Source: an uncultured Bacilli bacterium
Lineage (GTDB): Bacteria > Bacillota_I > Bacilli_A > RF39 > UBA660
Length of the DNA: 64,000 nt
Assembly: GCA_947581765.1 (NCBI GenBank)
Contig: CANPVU010000001.1
Coordinates: forward strand, 5,513-69,512
Direction of reading: 5' to 3'
A program made the translations under genes and the position numbers. The notes beneath the pieces are model-generated. The model made no database searches and was not told the DNA's origin. It was given only the letters and a program-made list of their open reading frames with translations. Positions 9,196-18,939 of the stretch are shown one piece after another (position 1 is the first letter of the stretch; each line of letters opens with the position of its first letter).

Positions 9196-9309
9196 GTAGT
9201 AAATAATGGATTATCTACTGCTTCACTTGAACAATTAAAAAATAAAACTGGTGAAGAAATTGTTAATGCAGATATAGAAAAACAATTTAAGAATTTTGGT
9301 GATAATTAA
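8122..9309 (+). CDS. Radical SAM / SPASM-domain protein, copy 1
   Basis: CNARCTMC (Cx3Cx2C) at residues 16-23. C-terminal Cys-rich region (CDRQCW...CSTCDMNC) consistent with an auxiliary Fe-S (SPASM/twitch) cluster. Residues 1 to about 355 are near-identical to 24786-25889 (-). Confidence 0.8.
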   Translation: MAEKKLNGTVIVTYRCNARCTMCNRYKCPSKPEEELSVETIKKLPKMYFTNITGGEPFIREDLPDIVRELYKKSDRIVISTNGFFTDRIIKLCEEFPNVGIRISIEGLEETNNKIRGLDDGFNKGYSTLKKLVEMKHPDVGFGMTVQDANAKDLVELYKLSDELNMEFATASLHNSFYFVEAKNIIHDRPMVAKEFEKLINELLKSNSPKKWFRAYFNHGLINYIYGQKRLLPCDMAFDTFFIDPYGDVMPCNGTKDKEIMGNLNEQTWEELWNSEKAERVRNKVRHCDRQCWMIGSVSPAMHKYIWKPAWWVFRHKFLKFFKQNKYSMYENKIVRDFKDGKVSKEQLDKCSTCDMNCVVNNGLSTASLEQLKNKTGEEIVNADIEKQFKNFGDN

Positions 9310-11147
9310 TGAATGTATTTAAGAAATTAAATTATGAGTATTTTTCTTTTGATATATTTGACACATTATTATATAGGAAAATATCACCTAATGAAATACA
9401 TAATTTAGTAGAAAAAAAGCTTATTAAAATTGATAAAAAATTTTTAAATCATGCATCAAAAAGATTAGTCGCAGAAAAAAAAGCACAAAAATCTGAAAAA
9501 ATTGAAGCGACAATATATGAGATTTATGACTATATATCTGATTATAGTAAAGATGAAAAACAAATTGCAATAAAGTTGGAAATTGAAACTGAAATTGAAA
9601 ATTTGTATCCAAATCTAAAATTGAAACAAAAAATTAATAATCTAAAAAAAGATGGCAAAAAAATAATTATAATTTCGGATATGTATTATACAAAAGAGAT
9701 ATTAGAAAAAATCTTAAAGTTTTTTAATTTTGAATTTGATTATCTATTTGTTTCATCTGATATACAACTTAGAAAACATAATGGTAAGATTTTTAAATAT
9801 ATTATTAAAAAACTGGCTATACCCAAAAACAAAATGATTCATATTGGTGATAATAAAATTAGTGATTATATTATGCCGAAATTAAATGGAATAAAAAGTA
9901 TTTTATGGAAAAATAAACAGGATAAACATTTAAAAAAGTTGATAAATTTTAAAGGAGATTATAAAAAATTATATCAATTTATTTCTGATAAGAAAGTTGA
10001 TACCTATTTTGAATATATTGGATATGCTTATTTTGGGCCATTATTATTTGGCTTTTGTAATTGGATACATAGTAAAATAGAACTGGAAAAATTGGATAGT
10101 ATTTGTTTTTTATCAAGAGATGGGCAAATAGTAAAAAAAGCTTATTCATTAATCTATGATGAGGATTATCCTTATTTCTTGGCATCAAGAAGATCGTTAA
10201 CTGTTCCACTATTAGAAAACGCAAAAGAAATGAAAGATATATTATCAATAGTTCCATATATAAAAAAATATGAGGAAATATCTGATTTTTTAAAAAAAAT
10301 TGGAATTGAAAATAAAGAAATAGAAAATATTCTTATTAACAAATATGGAAAAACAATTAATCGAAATTTATTATGTTCTGATGAAGGAAATGATATTTTT
10401 AATATTGTGAAAAGCGAAATGTACAAAAATGCAGCCAATGAACAGATGCAAGCAAGAAAATATATTGAGAAAAACATGAAAAAAGGATTAATCGGGTTAG
10501 TTGATATTGGTTGGTATGGAACAATGCAAAAATCACTAACTGATTTATGCAATTTATTTGATTTAAAAATTGATTTCTATGGATTGTATTTAGGATTACT
10601 TAAAAAAGACAATTATGATTCAAACAAAGCGGACGGTTATATTTACTCATATAATAAAAATAAAAAATATGATTCTAATTTAATATATGGATTTAATGGA
10701 TTGATTGAATTGATGTTTACAGCAGACCATGGTTCTGCAAAAAAATATTTTTCAAAAAATGAAAATGTAATGTGTGAGCTTGAACCAGAAAAAGGAGAAT
10801 ATAGTACTTTCGTTCAGCAAGTTCAGAGTGGTGCTTTGCAATTTATTGAAGAATATAAAAAATCAAAATTAAATTTTAATATCAATTGGATAAAATGTTA
10901 TGCATGTATGGAGGATTTACTTACAAATCCTACTATTTCAGAATGTTATTTATTAGGTGATTTAAAATTTTATGATGCATACTTTGAAAAAATAATTCAA
11001 TATAATGGTTTATTAGATTTTGTAAAACATCCAAGAAAAAATATAAAATTATTTTTAAAATCAAATTGGAAGATTGGATATTTAAAAGAAATGTTTGTTT
11101 TTTTAAACTCTAAAGAAATATATAAAATTATTAATAAATTGAAATGA
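9309..11147 (+). CDS. HAD-like hydrolase domain protein with large C-terminal domain of unknown function
   Basis: N-terminal FDIFDTLL (motif I-like), IIISDMY (motif II), HIGDNKISD (GDxxxD motif IV). The C-terminal ~400 aa are not recognised. ATG overlaps the rSAM stop (TAATG). Confidence 0.5.
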   Translation: MNVFKKLNYEYFSFDIFDTLLYRKISPNEIHNLVEKKLIKIDKKFLNHASKRLVAEKKAQKSEKIEATIYEIYDYISDYSKDEKQIAIKLEIETEIENLYPNLKLKQKINNLKKDGKKIIIISDMYYTKEILEKILKFFNFEFDYLFVSSDIQLRKHNGKIFKYIIKKLAIPKNKMIHIGDNKISDYIMPKLNGIKSILWKNKQDKHLKKLINFKGDYKKLYQFISDKKVDTYFEYIGYAYFGPLLFGFCNWIHSKIELEKLDSICFLSRDGQIVKKAYSLIYDEDYPYFLASRRSLTVPLLENAKEMKDILSIVPYIKKYEEISDFLKKIGIENKEIENILINKYGKTINRNLLCSDEGNDIFNIVKSEMYKNAANEQMQARKYIEKNMKKGLIGLVDIGWYGTMQKSLTDLCNLFDLKIDFYGLYLGLLKKDNYDSNKADGYIYSYNKNKKYDSNLIYGFNGLIELMFTADHGSAKKYFSKNENVMCELEPEKGEYSTFVQQVQSGALQFIEEYKKSKLNFNINWIKCYACMEDLLTNPTISECYLLGDLKFYDAYFEKIIQYNGLLDFVKHPRKNIKLFLKSNWKIGYLKEMFVFLNSKEIYKIINKLK

Positions 11148-11164
11148 GGTAGGTGCTTTGATAT

Positions 11165-12358
11165 ATGAATTTAACAAATATGTCAGATAGAACAAGAAAT
11201 TTTATTATTTTTTTAATTACATTTCTTTTATTATTTTCTAGTTTTACCTCGCCTTTTTTTCAAAGTATAAAACATTTTGATTCAATATATGTTTTATTAC
11301 AGTGCTGTTGCTTTTTTATATCAATTTTTCATTTTAAAAGATTTGATAAAATGCTTATACTTATAACTTTATATTACCTAATATATTTAATCTCTACAGT
11401 AATTAATGGAGGAACACAATTAATGGGTGTTGTAAGGGCATATATAGTAGCATTTAATCTTTTAGTTATCACAAAATATTATATGTATAATAATCCTCAA
11501 GTTTATTTTAAAATAGCATCTTTCTTTTTTTATATTATTTTATTTATTGAAATAATAAGTATGATTTTTTATCCAAATGGATTGTATGATGCAAACAATA
11601 TTAACCCTCATTATTTTTTAGGTCATAGAAATAATACAATTGAATATTTATATCCAGCAATCTCTATAGTTTTTATATCTCATTTTATTAATTACAAAAA
11701 AAATATTAGCCATTATCTTTTTTTGTTCATATGCTTATTTTGCGTAATTGCAACTTGGTCAGCTAATTCTATCATTGCATTATTATTTACTATATTTTAT
11801 ATAAAATTAAATAATAATAATACAATCAAGCGTTTTTTTAATTATTGGCATATGTTTTATATAACAATTATAATGTTTTTTTCTTTTATAATATTTAAGA
11901 TTCAAAATTTATTTAAATGGTTTATTGAAGGTATTTTACATAAAAGTTTAACTTTTACAGGAAGAAGCTTAATATGGGATAAATCAATAGAATGGATAAA
12001 AAAATCTTCAATATATGGATATGGTAATGAGCAACAATTGCTAAAAAAATCAAAAATAGGACATATAAATTCATGCCATAACTATTTCTTAGATTTCATG
12101 TATACTGGCGGAATCATTATGCTATCCGTAATACTTTTTATTGTATATTTTGTTGGAAAAGAACTTAGCAAAAATTTAAAAAGTAATAATGACGTAATAA
12201 AAAAAATTGCATACGTTTTATCGGGAATTTCAGGAGGATATTTTATTATCTGGTTTGCTACTCCTGTTCATTTAAATAGCATTTCATATATGTTTCTAGT
12301 TTTTTATATAATTTACAATTTAAAAAATTTAAAGTTAGGGGTATTTAATTATGAGTGA
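11165..12358 (+). CDS. Wzy-like polymerase / O-antigen ligase family membrane protein
   Basis: About 10 transmembrane helices. GHINSCHNYFLDFMYTGG resembles the Wzy_C (O-antigen ligase) motif. Confidence 0.65.
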   Translation: MNLTNMSDRTRNFIIFLITFLLLFSSFTSPFFQSIKHFDSIYVLLQCCCFFISIFHFKRFDKMLILITLYYLIYLISTVINGGTQLMGVVRAYIVAFNLLVITKYYMYNNPQVYFKIASFFFYIILFIEIISMIFYPNGLYDANNINPHYFLGHRNNTIEYLYPAISIVFISHFINYKKNISHYLFLFICLFCVIATWSANSIIALLFTIFYIKLNNNNTIKRFFNYWHMFYITIIMFFSFIIFKIQNLFKWFIEGILHKSLTFTGRSLIWDKSIEWIKKSSIYGYGNEQQLLKKSKIGHINSCHNYFLDFMYTGGIIMLSVILFIVYFVGKELSKNLKSNNDVIKKIAYVLSGISGGYFIIWFATPVHLNSISYMFLVFYIIYNLKNLKLGVFNYE

Positions 12359-13499
12359 CATTTTATCTATAATTAGGCAAAAATTAATAAAGTTTTTTTT
12401 CCATTGTTTTTTTATCTTTAAAATTAAAAATAATAGAATTTTCCTTATGAACTATAATGGAAAAGGTTATGGTGACAGTCAAAAATACATAAGTGAAGAG
12501 TTGTTAAAAGATGATTATTATGAAATTGTTTGGGCTGTTAATAATATAGAATCTCCTTTTCCAAAAGAAATAATCAAAGTTAAACGAAATTCAATAAAAT
12601 ATTTTTATTATTTGTCAACATCTAAGGTACTTATAAATAATTGTAGATTTCCATTATTTTTTACAAAAAGAAAAGAACAGTATTATATTCAAACTTGGCA
12701 TAGTCCATTAAGATTAAAAAAAATTGAAATGGATGCAAAATCTAATTTTTCTAAATATTATATTTTGACTATGAAAAATGATTCAAAATACATTGATGAA
12801 ATATTGAGTGGTTGTAAATTTAGTTATGATATCTATTCTAGAGCATTTTTATATTCTGGAAAAATATCGAAGACTGGTACACCTAGATGTGATGTTTTTT
12901 TTGATGAAAAAAATAAAGTATCGTTAAAAAAAAGATTAACAAGAGAATTAAATTTGGACTCGAGAAAAAAAATAATTTTATATGCACCAACTTATAGAAA
13001 AAATTGCAGTATGAATGATGTTATGATGAATATAAAAAAGGTATACAGAAAAATAAGTAATAATTATGAACTATTAGTTAGATTTCATCCATTAACTAAG
13101 AAAATAGATTTACAGAAAAATATAAAAAATGTTACATGTTATCCTGATATACAAGAATTATTAACAATTTCAGACATTTTAATTACCGATTATTCAAGTT
13201 GCTTATTTGATATGTTAATTGCAGAAAAAAAATGTATTTTACTACTAAAAGATATAAAAAATTATTTACAAAAAGAGAGAGATTTGTATTTTGATATAAA
13301 TGAGTTACCTTTTCCAAAAGCATATACTGATGATGAATTAATATGTATAATTGAAAACTATGATAAATATTACAATAAAAATCAAATGAATAAATTTAAA
13401 AGAAAAATTGGTTTATATGAACACGGAAATGCGGCTTTTCTTGTAAAAAAAAGAATTGATTCAATTGTGAAAGAAGGAAAAAAATATGAAAAAATATAA
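12351..13499 (+). CDS. CDP-glycerol glycerophosphotransferase (TagF/TagB family)
   Basis: TagF-family C-terminal features: YAPTYRKN, HPL, ITDYSSCLFDMLIAEKK. 382 aa with no transmembrane segment. Confidence 0.7.
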   Translation: MSDILSIIRQKLIKFFFHCFFIFKIKNNRIFLMNYNGKGYGDSQKYISEELLKDDYYEIVWAVNNIESPFPKEIIKVKRNSIKYFYYLSTSKVLINNCRFPLFFTKRKEQYYIQTWHSPLRLKKIEMDAKSNFSKYYILTMKNDSKYIDEILSGCKFSYDIYSRAFLYSGKISKTGTPRCDVFFDEKNKVSLKKRLTRELNLDSRKKIILYAPTYRKNCSMNDVMMNIKKVYRKISNNYELLVRFHPLTKKIDLQKNIKNVTCYPDIQELLTISDILITDYSSCLFDMLIAEKKCILLLKDIKNYLQKERDLYFDINELPFPKAYTDDELICIIENYDKYYNKNQMNKFKRKIGLYEHGNAAFLVKKRIDSIVKEGKKYEKI

Positions 13500-13914
13500 A
13501 ATAGGATATACATCAGGCGTATTTGATATGTTTCATATAGGCCATTTAAATATTTTAAAAAAAGCTAAAGAAAATTGCGATTATTTAATTGTTGGAGTAA
13601 CAACAGATGAACTAGCACTATATAAAAATAAGGTACCAATTATTCCATTTTCAGAACGAAGACAAATTGTTGAAGCAATTAGATATGTTGATATGGTTAT
13701 TCCACAAGAAAATATGAACAAGAAAATAGTTTGCCAAAAATATAATGTAGATGCTATATTTGTTGGTGATGATTGGAAGGGAACCGAAAAGTGGAATAAT
13801 ATAGAATCAGAGCTTAATCAAATTGGAACAGATGTAGTATATTTTCCATATACAAAAGGAACTTCTTCTACAATATTAAGAGAAAAATTATTAAATAAAA
13901 ATAATGGTGAATAA
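13486..13914 (+). CDS. Cytidylyltransferase, TagD family
   Basis: KIGYTSGVFDMFHIGHLNILKKAKENCDYLIVGVTTDE. Confidence 0.75.
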   Translation: MKKYKIGYTSGVFDMFHIGHLNILKKAKENCDYLIVGVTTDELALYKNKVPIIPFSERRQIVEAIRYVDMVIPQENMNKKIVCQKYNVDAIFVGDDWKGTEKWNNIESELNQIGTDVVYFPYTKGTSSTILREKLLNKNNGE

Positions 13915-15318
13915 ATGTCTAGAAATAAAGATTTTATAATGAACACAATAATAATATTTATTGGTAAATTCGCAACTCAATTCATGTCTCTTTTACTTTT
14001 ACCTTTATTTACAAGATATTTGTTGTCAGAAGATTATGGATTAGTTGATTTATTTCAAACATATATCTCTTTATTTACTCCTATTCTTACTTTTAGAATA
14101 GATAGTGCACTATTTAGATTTTTGGTTGATAAGAGAAATAATTACAAAGAAATAAGTAAAACGATAAGTAACTCAATTTTAATTTTATCAATAAGTCTGA
14201 TTATAACAACATCAATCGGACTCGTCTTATTTAAATTTATAAATATAAAGTATTTTGGATATGTAATATTAAATTTGATTGTTTTAATGATAAGCAGTAG
14301 TTTACTCCATGTATTAAGAGGATTAGGAAAAACTAAAGATTATTCAATTGCCAGTATCATTACTGGAATTATTACATTAATAACAAATATTATTTTAATA
14401 ATTGTTGTTCATATGGATGCTAAAAGTATTTTAATATCATCATCTATTGCAAATTCCTTTTGTATAATTTATATCATAATTAGAAGTAATCTATTCAAAT
14501 ATATAAAATTAAACTTAATTAATTTATCAACATTAAAAGAAATATTAAAATATACTCTTCCTATGATTCCTAACTCACTATCATGGTGGATTGTTAATGT
14601 ATCTGATAGAACAATTATATCATTATTTATAGGAATTGCTTACAATGGAATATATACAGTATCATGTAAGTTTTCTAATATACTAAATAGTATATATTCG
14701 ATTTTTCATTTATCATGGCAAGAAACAGTTATATTACACATTGACGATGAAGATAGTGATAAATATTTATCAACCATGATTAACAAATTATTAAATTTAT
14801 TTTCATCTATGTCAATATTAATAGTAGTAGTTTTACCATTTTTATATGATATATTAGTAGGAAAAGAATATTTAACATCATATAATTATATACCAATTTT
14901 ATTATATTCAAACTCTTGGAATGTACTTATAAGCTTAATAGGTGCAATATATGTAGCGCGGAAGGAAACAAAAAAAGTTGCAAATACTACAATAATATCA
15001 GCAATAATAAATTTAATAATACATTTTTGTTTAATTAAATTTATAGGATTATATGCAGCTTGTATCTCTACATTAATATCATATATGGTAATGGCAATAT
15101 ATAGATATATTGATAGTAAAAAGTATGCAAATTATAAATTGGACATCAAAAATATAATTATATTTACAATTATATTTATATTAAGTTATATTATGTATTT
15201 GATAAACAATATATTCATTAATACAATTAATTTAATAATAGCTTTAGTATATATCTTTATAGTTAATAAATATATTTTTAAGTATAAAGATATATTTATA
15301 AATAAAAATAAATATTAA
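13915..15318 (+). CDS. Wzx-type oligosaccharide flippase (MOP superfamily)
   Basis: 467 aa, 12-14 transmembrane helices, polysaccharide biosynthesis protein architecture. Confidence 0.7.
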   Translation: MSRNKDFIMNTIIIFIGKFATQFMSLLLLPLFTRYLLSEDYGLVDLFQTYISLFTPILTFRIDSALFRFLVDKRNNYKEISKTISNSILILSISLIITTSIGLVLFKFINIKYFGYVILNLIVLMISSSLLHVLRGLGKTKDYSIASIITGIITLITNIILIIVVHMDAKSILISSSIANSFCIIYIIIRSNLFKYIKLNLINLSTLKEILKYTLPMIPNSLSWWIVNVSDRTIISLFIGIAYNGIYTVSCKFSNILNSIYSIFHLSWQETVILHIDDEDSDKYLSTMINKLLNLFSSMSILIVVVLPFLYDILVGKEYLTSYNYIPILLYSNSWNVLISLIGAIYVARKETKKVANTTIISAIINLIIHFCLIKFIGLYAACISTLISYMVMAIYRYIDSKKYANYKLDIKNIIIFTIIFILSYIMYLINNIFINTINLIIALVYIFIVNKYIFKYKDIFINKNKY

Positions 15319-15353
15319 ATTTTAACTATTTTTAGTTTTTTAGACCAAATAAT

Positions 15354-15382
15354 AAAGTTGTATTTTTACAACTTTTTATTAT
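15354..15382. terminator. Bidirectional rho-independent terminator between convergent operons
   Basis: AAAGTTGTA-TTTTT-ACAACTTT hairpin flanked by A-run and T-run. Lies between the Wzx stop (15318) and the minus-strand gene stop (15388). Confidence 0.6.
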
Positions 15383-15387
15383 GTTTA

Positions 15388-16104
15388 TTATTTAATTTTT
15401 TTCTTAACCAACAGATATCCTTCAAATAATTCTAAATCTTCTTTAGTAGTTATTTTTATATTTGTTTGACTTCCTTTAGAGAAGTATATTGGAATACCTA
15501 ATTTATACATCAATGTAGTAGTATGGGGTTCTACTTTGTCTATAATGCCTGTTTTAATAGCCTCTTCATATATATTTTTTATTACTTCAAACTTAAAGGC
15601 ATGTGGGGAATTCATACAAACTATTGTTTCTCTATCTATATAATTTGTAGATTTTTCACCATCAGAATCTCTATATCCAGATAATAGATAGAATGGAGTT
15701 GTTGATATTGCATTGCCTTTTTTATTACATACTTTAATTGAATCTAAAATTATTTCTTCACTTACAAATGGAGAAGCACCAAAATGAATTATTACATTGT
15801 CATTTTCATTAATTTTTCCAATTAAATTATTTACTCCATTTAATACAGAATGTTGGAAGTCTTTTCCTCCTGGTGTAATCCATTTTACCTTAGTATATTT
15901 GTTTTCTGTTACTATCTTTGATAAATAATCTATATAATCTTTATGACATACAATTTCTATTTTATCGATTTCGTTGCTATTTTGAAATGCTTCAATTGTG
16001 TAAGCTAATACAGGCTTTCCAAAAATTTCAATAAATTGCTTTGGGATATCTGCACCTAATCTTGTACCAACTCCACCTGCTAAGATTATTGCTATATTAC
16101 TCAT
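15388..16104 (-). CDS. IspD/TarI-family cytidylyltransferase (CDP-polyol, e.g. CDP-ribitol, synthase)
   Basis: MSNIAIILAGGVGTRLGADIPKQFIEIFGKPVLAYTIEAF, the N-terminal signature of 2-C-methyl-D-erythritol-4-P / ribitol-5-P cytidylyltransferases. Confidence 0.75.
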   Translation of the reverse strand: MSNIAIILAGGVGTRLGADIPKQFIEIFGKPVLAYTIEAFQNSNEIDKIEIVCHKDYIDYLSKIVTENKYTKVKWITPGGKDFQHSVLNGVNNLIGKINENDNVIIHFGASPFVSEEIILDSIKVCNKKGNAISTTPFYLLSGYRDSDGEKSTNYIDRETIVCMNSPHAFKFEVIKNIYEEAIKTGIIDKVEPHTTTLMYKLGIPIYFSKGSQTNIKITTKEDLELFEGYLLVKKKIK

Positions 16105-16106
16105 AA

Positions 16107-17702
16107 TTACATCTCCTTGTAACTTTCAATAACTTTATCAATGTTATTTACTAAATATCTATATGAAGGTAATAGAAAGAATCCATCTTCTTCACCTAAA
16201 CTACCTTTATACATTCCCCAAGATACCCAATAAAATGCATTTATTATTGATTGTCCCATTACATGTCTATGCTCTAAATCAGTTAAATCTCTACCGTAAT
16301 ATTCTTTGATTAATTTTTCTTTTATTTCTTCATTATATTCGTATCTAGTTATAATACTACATATATCATTTGCAGGATCCATTATACCAGCATATTCCCA
16401 ATCAATTAAATATAAATCACCGTTCTTTGTTGCAATAAAATTTGGTTCATACACATCATTATGACTTACAACCATTTGTATATTATATTTTTTTCTTTCT
16501 TCCTTTAGATATTCATTTACCATATCTACTTTATCAATTAAATCTTTAAATTCTTTAAATATATTTCCTTTTGTAGAAGATGCTATTTTCCATAATTTTT
16601 TTCCTTCTTCTACATTGTCAAATATTTTTACATCATCACTTATAGGTATTGTATGTGTTTTTCTTAGATATTCCATTCCTTTCTTTAGTTGAGAATGATT
16701 ATTTATAAAATCACATTTAACTATATCTTGAACATAATAAGATAATTTCCAACCAGAAGGATCCATATAAATAAAAGATTTGTCAAGTCCCATTTCTTTT
16801 GCTTTATTTTGAGTATAAAGTTCAGTTTTTCTATCTATTAAATTTCCTGCAGTTCCTCCAGGATGCCTATAAACATACTCAGTTCTATCTACTGTAAATT
16901 TAAATGATACATTTGTTAAACCAGCTTGTATAATTGAAATATCATAAATATCATTTGGATGGCAATTTAATTTACTACAAATATTTTCTACTATTTCTGA
17001 ATCAACATTCAATAAAAAGTCGGAATCAAATCTTCTTAATTCATCAATTGAGTCAAATTCTAATATTTTATCATAATCATATTCTTTCATATATAATGTT
17101 AAATCTTTTATATGTATCGCGAAAAATTCTTCCCAAAACATATTAGCAACACCAAAATCATTTATTTCTTTTTCAAGTAAATTTCTTAATTTATTTGAGA
17201 ATCTTTCATTAAAATAAGCGTGTCCTATCATTGCCATTTTATCATGGCCACCAATATAGCATCCTGATATTACCTTAGCATCTGTATAATCTATAGAAAA
17301 TTCTCTAAATTTTTTTGAATAGTATGTAGCTGCTCTGTATGAGATATTATCACTATTATTATCAATAAATGGGTTGCTTATAAAATAATGGTCTGCACAA
17401 CATATAAAAGTATTTTTTAAGTATGCTTTTGCTACATATAATGAGTAAATATTTCCATATTTTCCATATGTATTATTAACTATAAGTTTAACTTGTTTGT
17501 ATTTTTGCTCTAAATAAAAGAATTTTTCTTTCATATATCCAACAACAATTAAAATTTCTTCAATTCCTGCCTCAATTAATTGCTCAATTTGCCTTTCAAT
17601 TAATACTTCACCCTTAACGATGAATAAACCTTTTGGTTTTTCATAAGTAAACGGTGCAAATCTATTAGATTTACCAGCCGCTAAAATTATTGCATTTTTC
17701 AT
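16107..17702 (-). CDS. Bifunctional LicC-like nucleotidyltransferase / LicA-like choline (aminoalcohol) kinase
   Basis: N-terminal AIILAAGKSNRF...KPKGL (LicC-like). C-terminal HNDVYEPNF...IDWEYAG (Brenner and choline-kinase motifs). Confidence 0.75.
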   Translation of the reverse strand: MKNAIILAAGKSNRFAPFTYEKPKGLFIVKGEVLIERQIEQLIEAGIEEILIVVGYMKEKFFYLEQKYKQVKLIVNNTYGKYGNIYSLYVAKAYLKNTFICCADHYFISNPFIDNNSDNISYRAATYYSKKFREFSIDYTDAKVISGCYIGGHDKMAMIGHAYFNERFSNKLRNLLEKEINDFGVANMFWEEFFAIHIKDLTLYMKEYDYDKILEFDSIDELRRFDSDFLLNVDSEIVENICSKLNCHPNDIYDISIIQAGLTNVSFKFTVDRTEYVYRHPGGTAGNLIDRKTELYTQNKAKEMGLDKSFIYMDPSGWKLSYYVQDIVKCDFINNHSQLKKGMEYLRKTHTIPISDDVKIFDNVEEGKKLWKIASSTKGNIFKEFKDLIDKVDMVNEYLKEERKKYNIQMVVSHNDVYEPNFIATKNGDLYLIDWEYAGIMDPANDICSIITRYEYNEEIKEKLIKEYYGRDLTDLEHRHVMGQSIINAFYWVSWGMYKGSLGEEDGFFLLPSYRYLVNNIDKVIESYKEM

Positions 17703-17769
17703 TTTATCACCTCTAACTTAATTAAACATTTACTTATAAAATCATATTTTTTATATGATAAATTTTTAT

Positions 17770-18939
17770 TTATATTTTTATTTTGAGAAAATTTAGTAAT
17801 CTTTCACAATTATTAACTTTATATTTATTTACAAAATTATTAATTTTAGCTCTATCTTGTTTAAATTTATCAAAATTTTTTGAAATATTTTCAATAAATA
17901 AGTAAAATGAATTTATGTCAATAATGAAATCTCCTGGCATATATTCTTTATAATTAGAAATCATATATCCACGTTTTAATTCATAGTCTTCAACATCTTT
18001 CAAGTAAAATCCAATTGGCTTGTCAAGTAATAAATAATCAAAATAAACAGATGAAAGATCAGTTAAAAGGGCATCAGTACAAGATAGAAGTTCATATAAT
18101 TGAATATTATATTTTATTAAATCGTCATCATTAATGAAAATTATATTTTTTAAATTAATATTATTATCATAATTAAAAATTTGGCAATGATGCGGTTTAA
18201 TTATTAATATAACGTTTTCTTTATCTAACTTATTGTTCAATTGTATTAAATCTAATTCATTTTCTACAAAAGGAATTATGTATTTATTAACAACGGATGA
18301 ATCCTTTCTTTCATTTGTTTGATGATATGTAGGCATACATATAATAACTTTTTGATTATTAATTTTTAATATTTTATTTATTTTTTTATGATTATCTATC
18401 ATCAAGTAATCGTTTCTGGGATATCCACAATATATCATTTTATTTCTAGGGGTACCTGTAAACTTTGAAAGCCAAGGCATAACATTAAAAGATGGACAAA
18501 TCATATAATCATATGTATTACCAATTGAGGTGGTAGGATTTTTGAATGTTGTTCCATGCCATAAATTAACTACAACTTGTTCTTTATGAATTTTTTTAAA
18601 CCACCAAGGATGAGTAAAGAAAAAATATTTAGCAGTACATAATATATTTGATTTTCTTTTTATTTCTAGTGGGTTCCAAGTATAATATTGGAAAAATTTT
18701 TCATATTCGTTATTCCTAAATTCTTTTTTGTTTTTTACTATCCAAATCAATTTTATATTGTTTTTTGTCATATTATTTAAAATATAATCAGAAAGTGCTC
18801 TTGCATTATCTGTATAATCGCCTTCGCTTTGAAATACAAAGAAATTATTCTTTACTTTATTTTTTCTATAAATAAAGCAAAAAAATTTTAACAATGAAGA
18901 GTTATATTTTAAATATATTTTATTGATAAATTTTTTCAT
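17770..18939 (-). CDS. CDP-glycerol glycerophosphotransferase (TagF family), second paralog
   Basis: 389 aa. Similar architecture to 12351-13499 (CMPTYHQTNE, DLSSVYFDYLLLDKP). Confidence 0.65.
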   Translation of the reverse strand: MKKFINKIYLKYNSSLLKFFCFIYRKNKVKNNFFVFQSEGDYTDNARALSDYILNNMTKNNIKLIWIVKNKKEFRNNEYEKFFQYYTWNPLEIKRKSNILCTAKYFFFTHPWWFKKIHKEQVVVNLWHGTTFKNPTTSIGNTYDYMICPSFNVMPWLSKFTGTPRNKMIYCGYPRNDYLMIDNHKKINKILKINNQKVIICMPTYHQTNERKDSSVVNKYIIPFVENELDLIQLNNKLDKENVILIIKPHHCQIFNYDNNINLKNIIFINDDDLIKYNIQLYELLSCTDALLTDLSSVYFDYLLLDKPIGFYLKDVEDYELKRGYMISNYKEYMPGDFIIDINSFYLFIENISKNFDKFKQDRAKINNFVNKYKVNNCERLLNFLKIKI

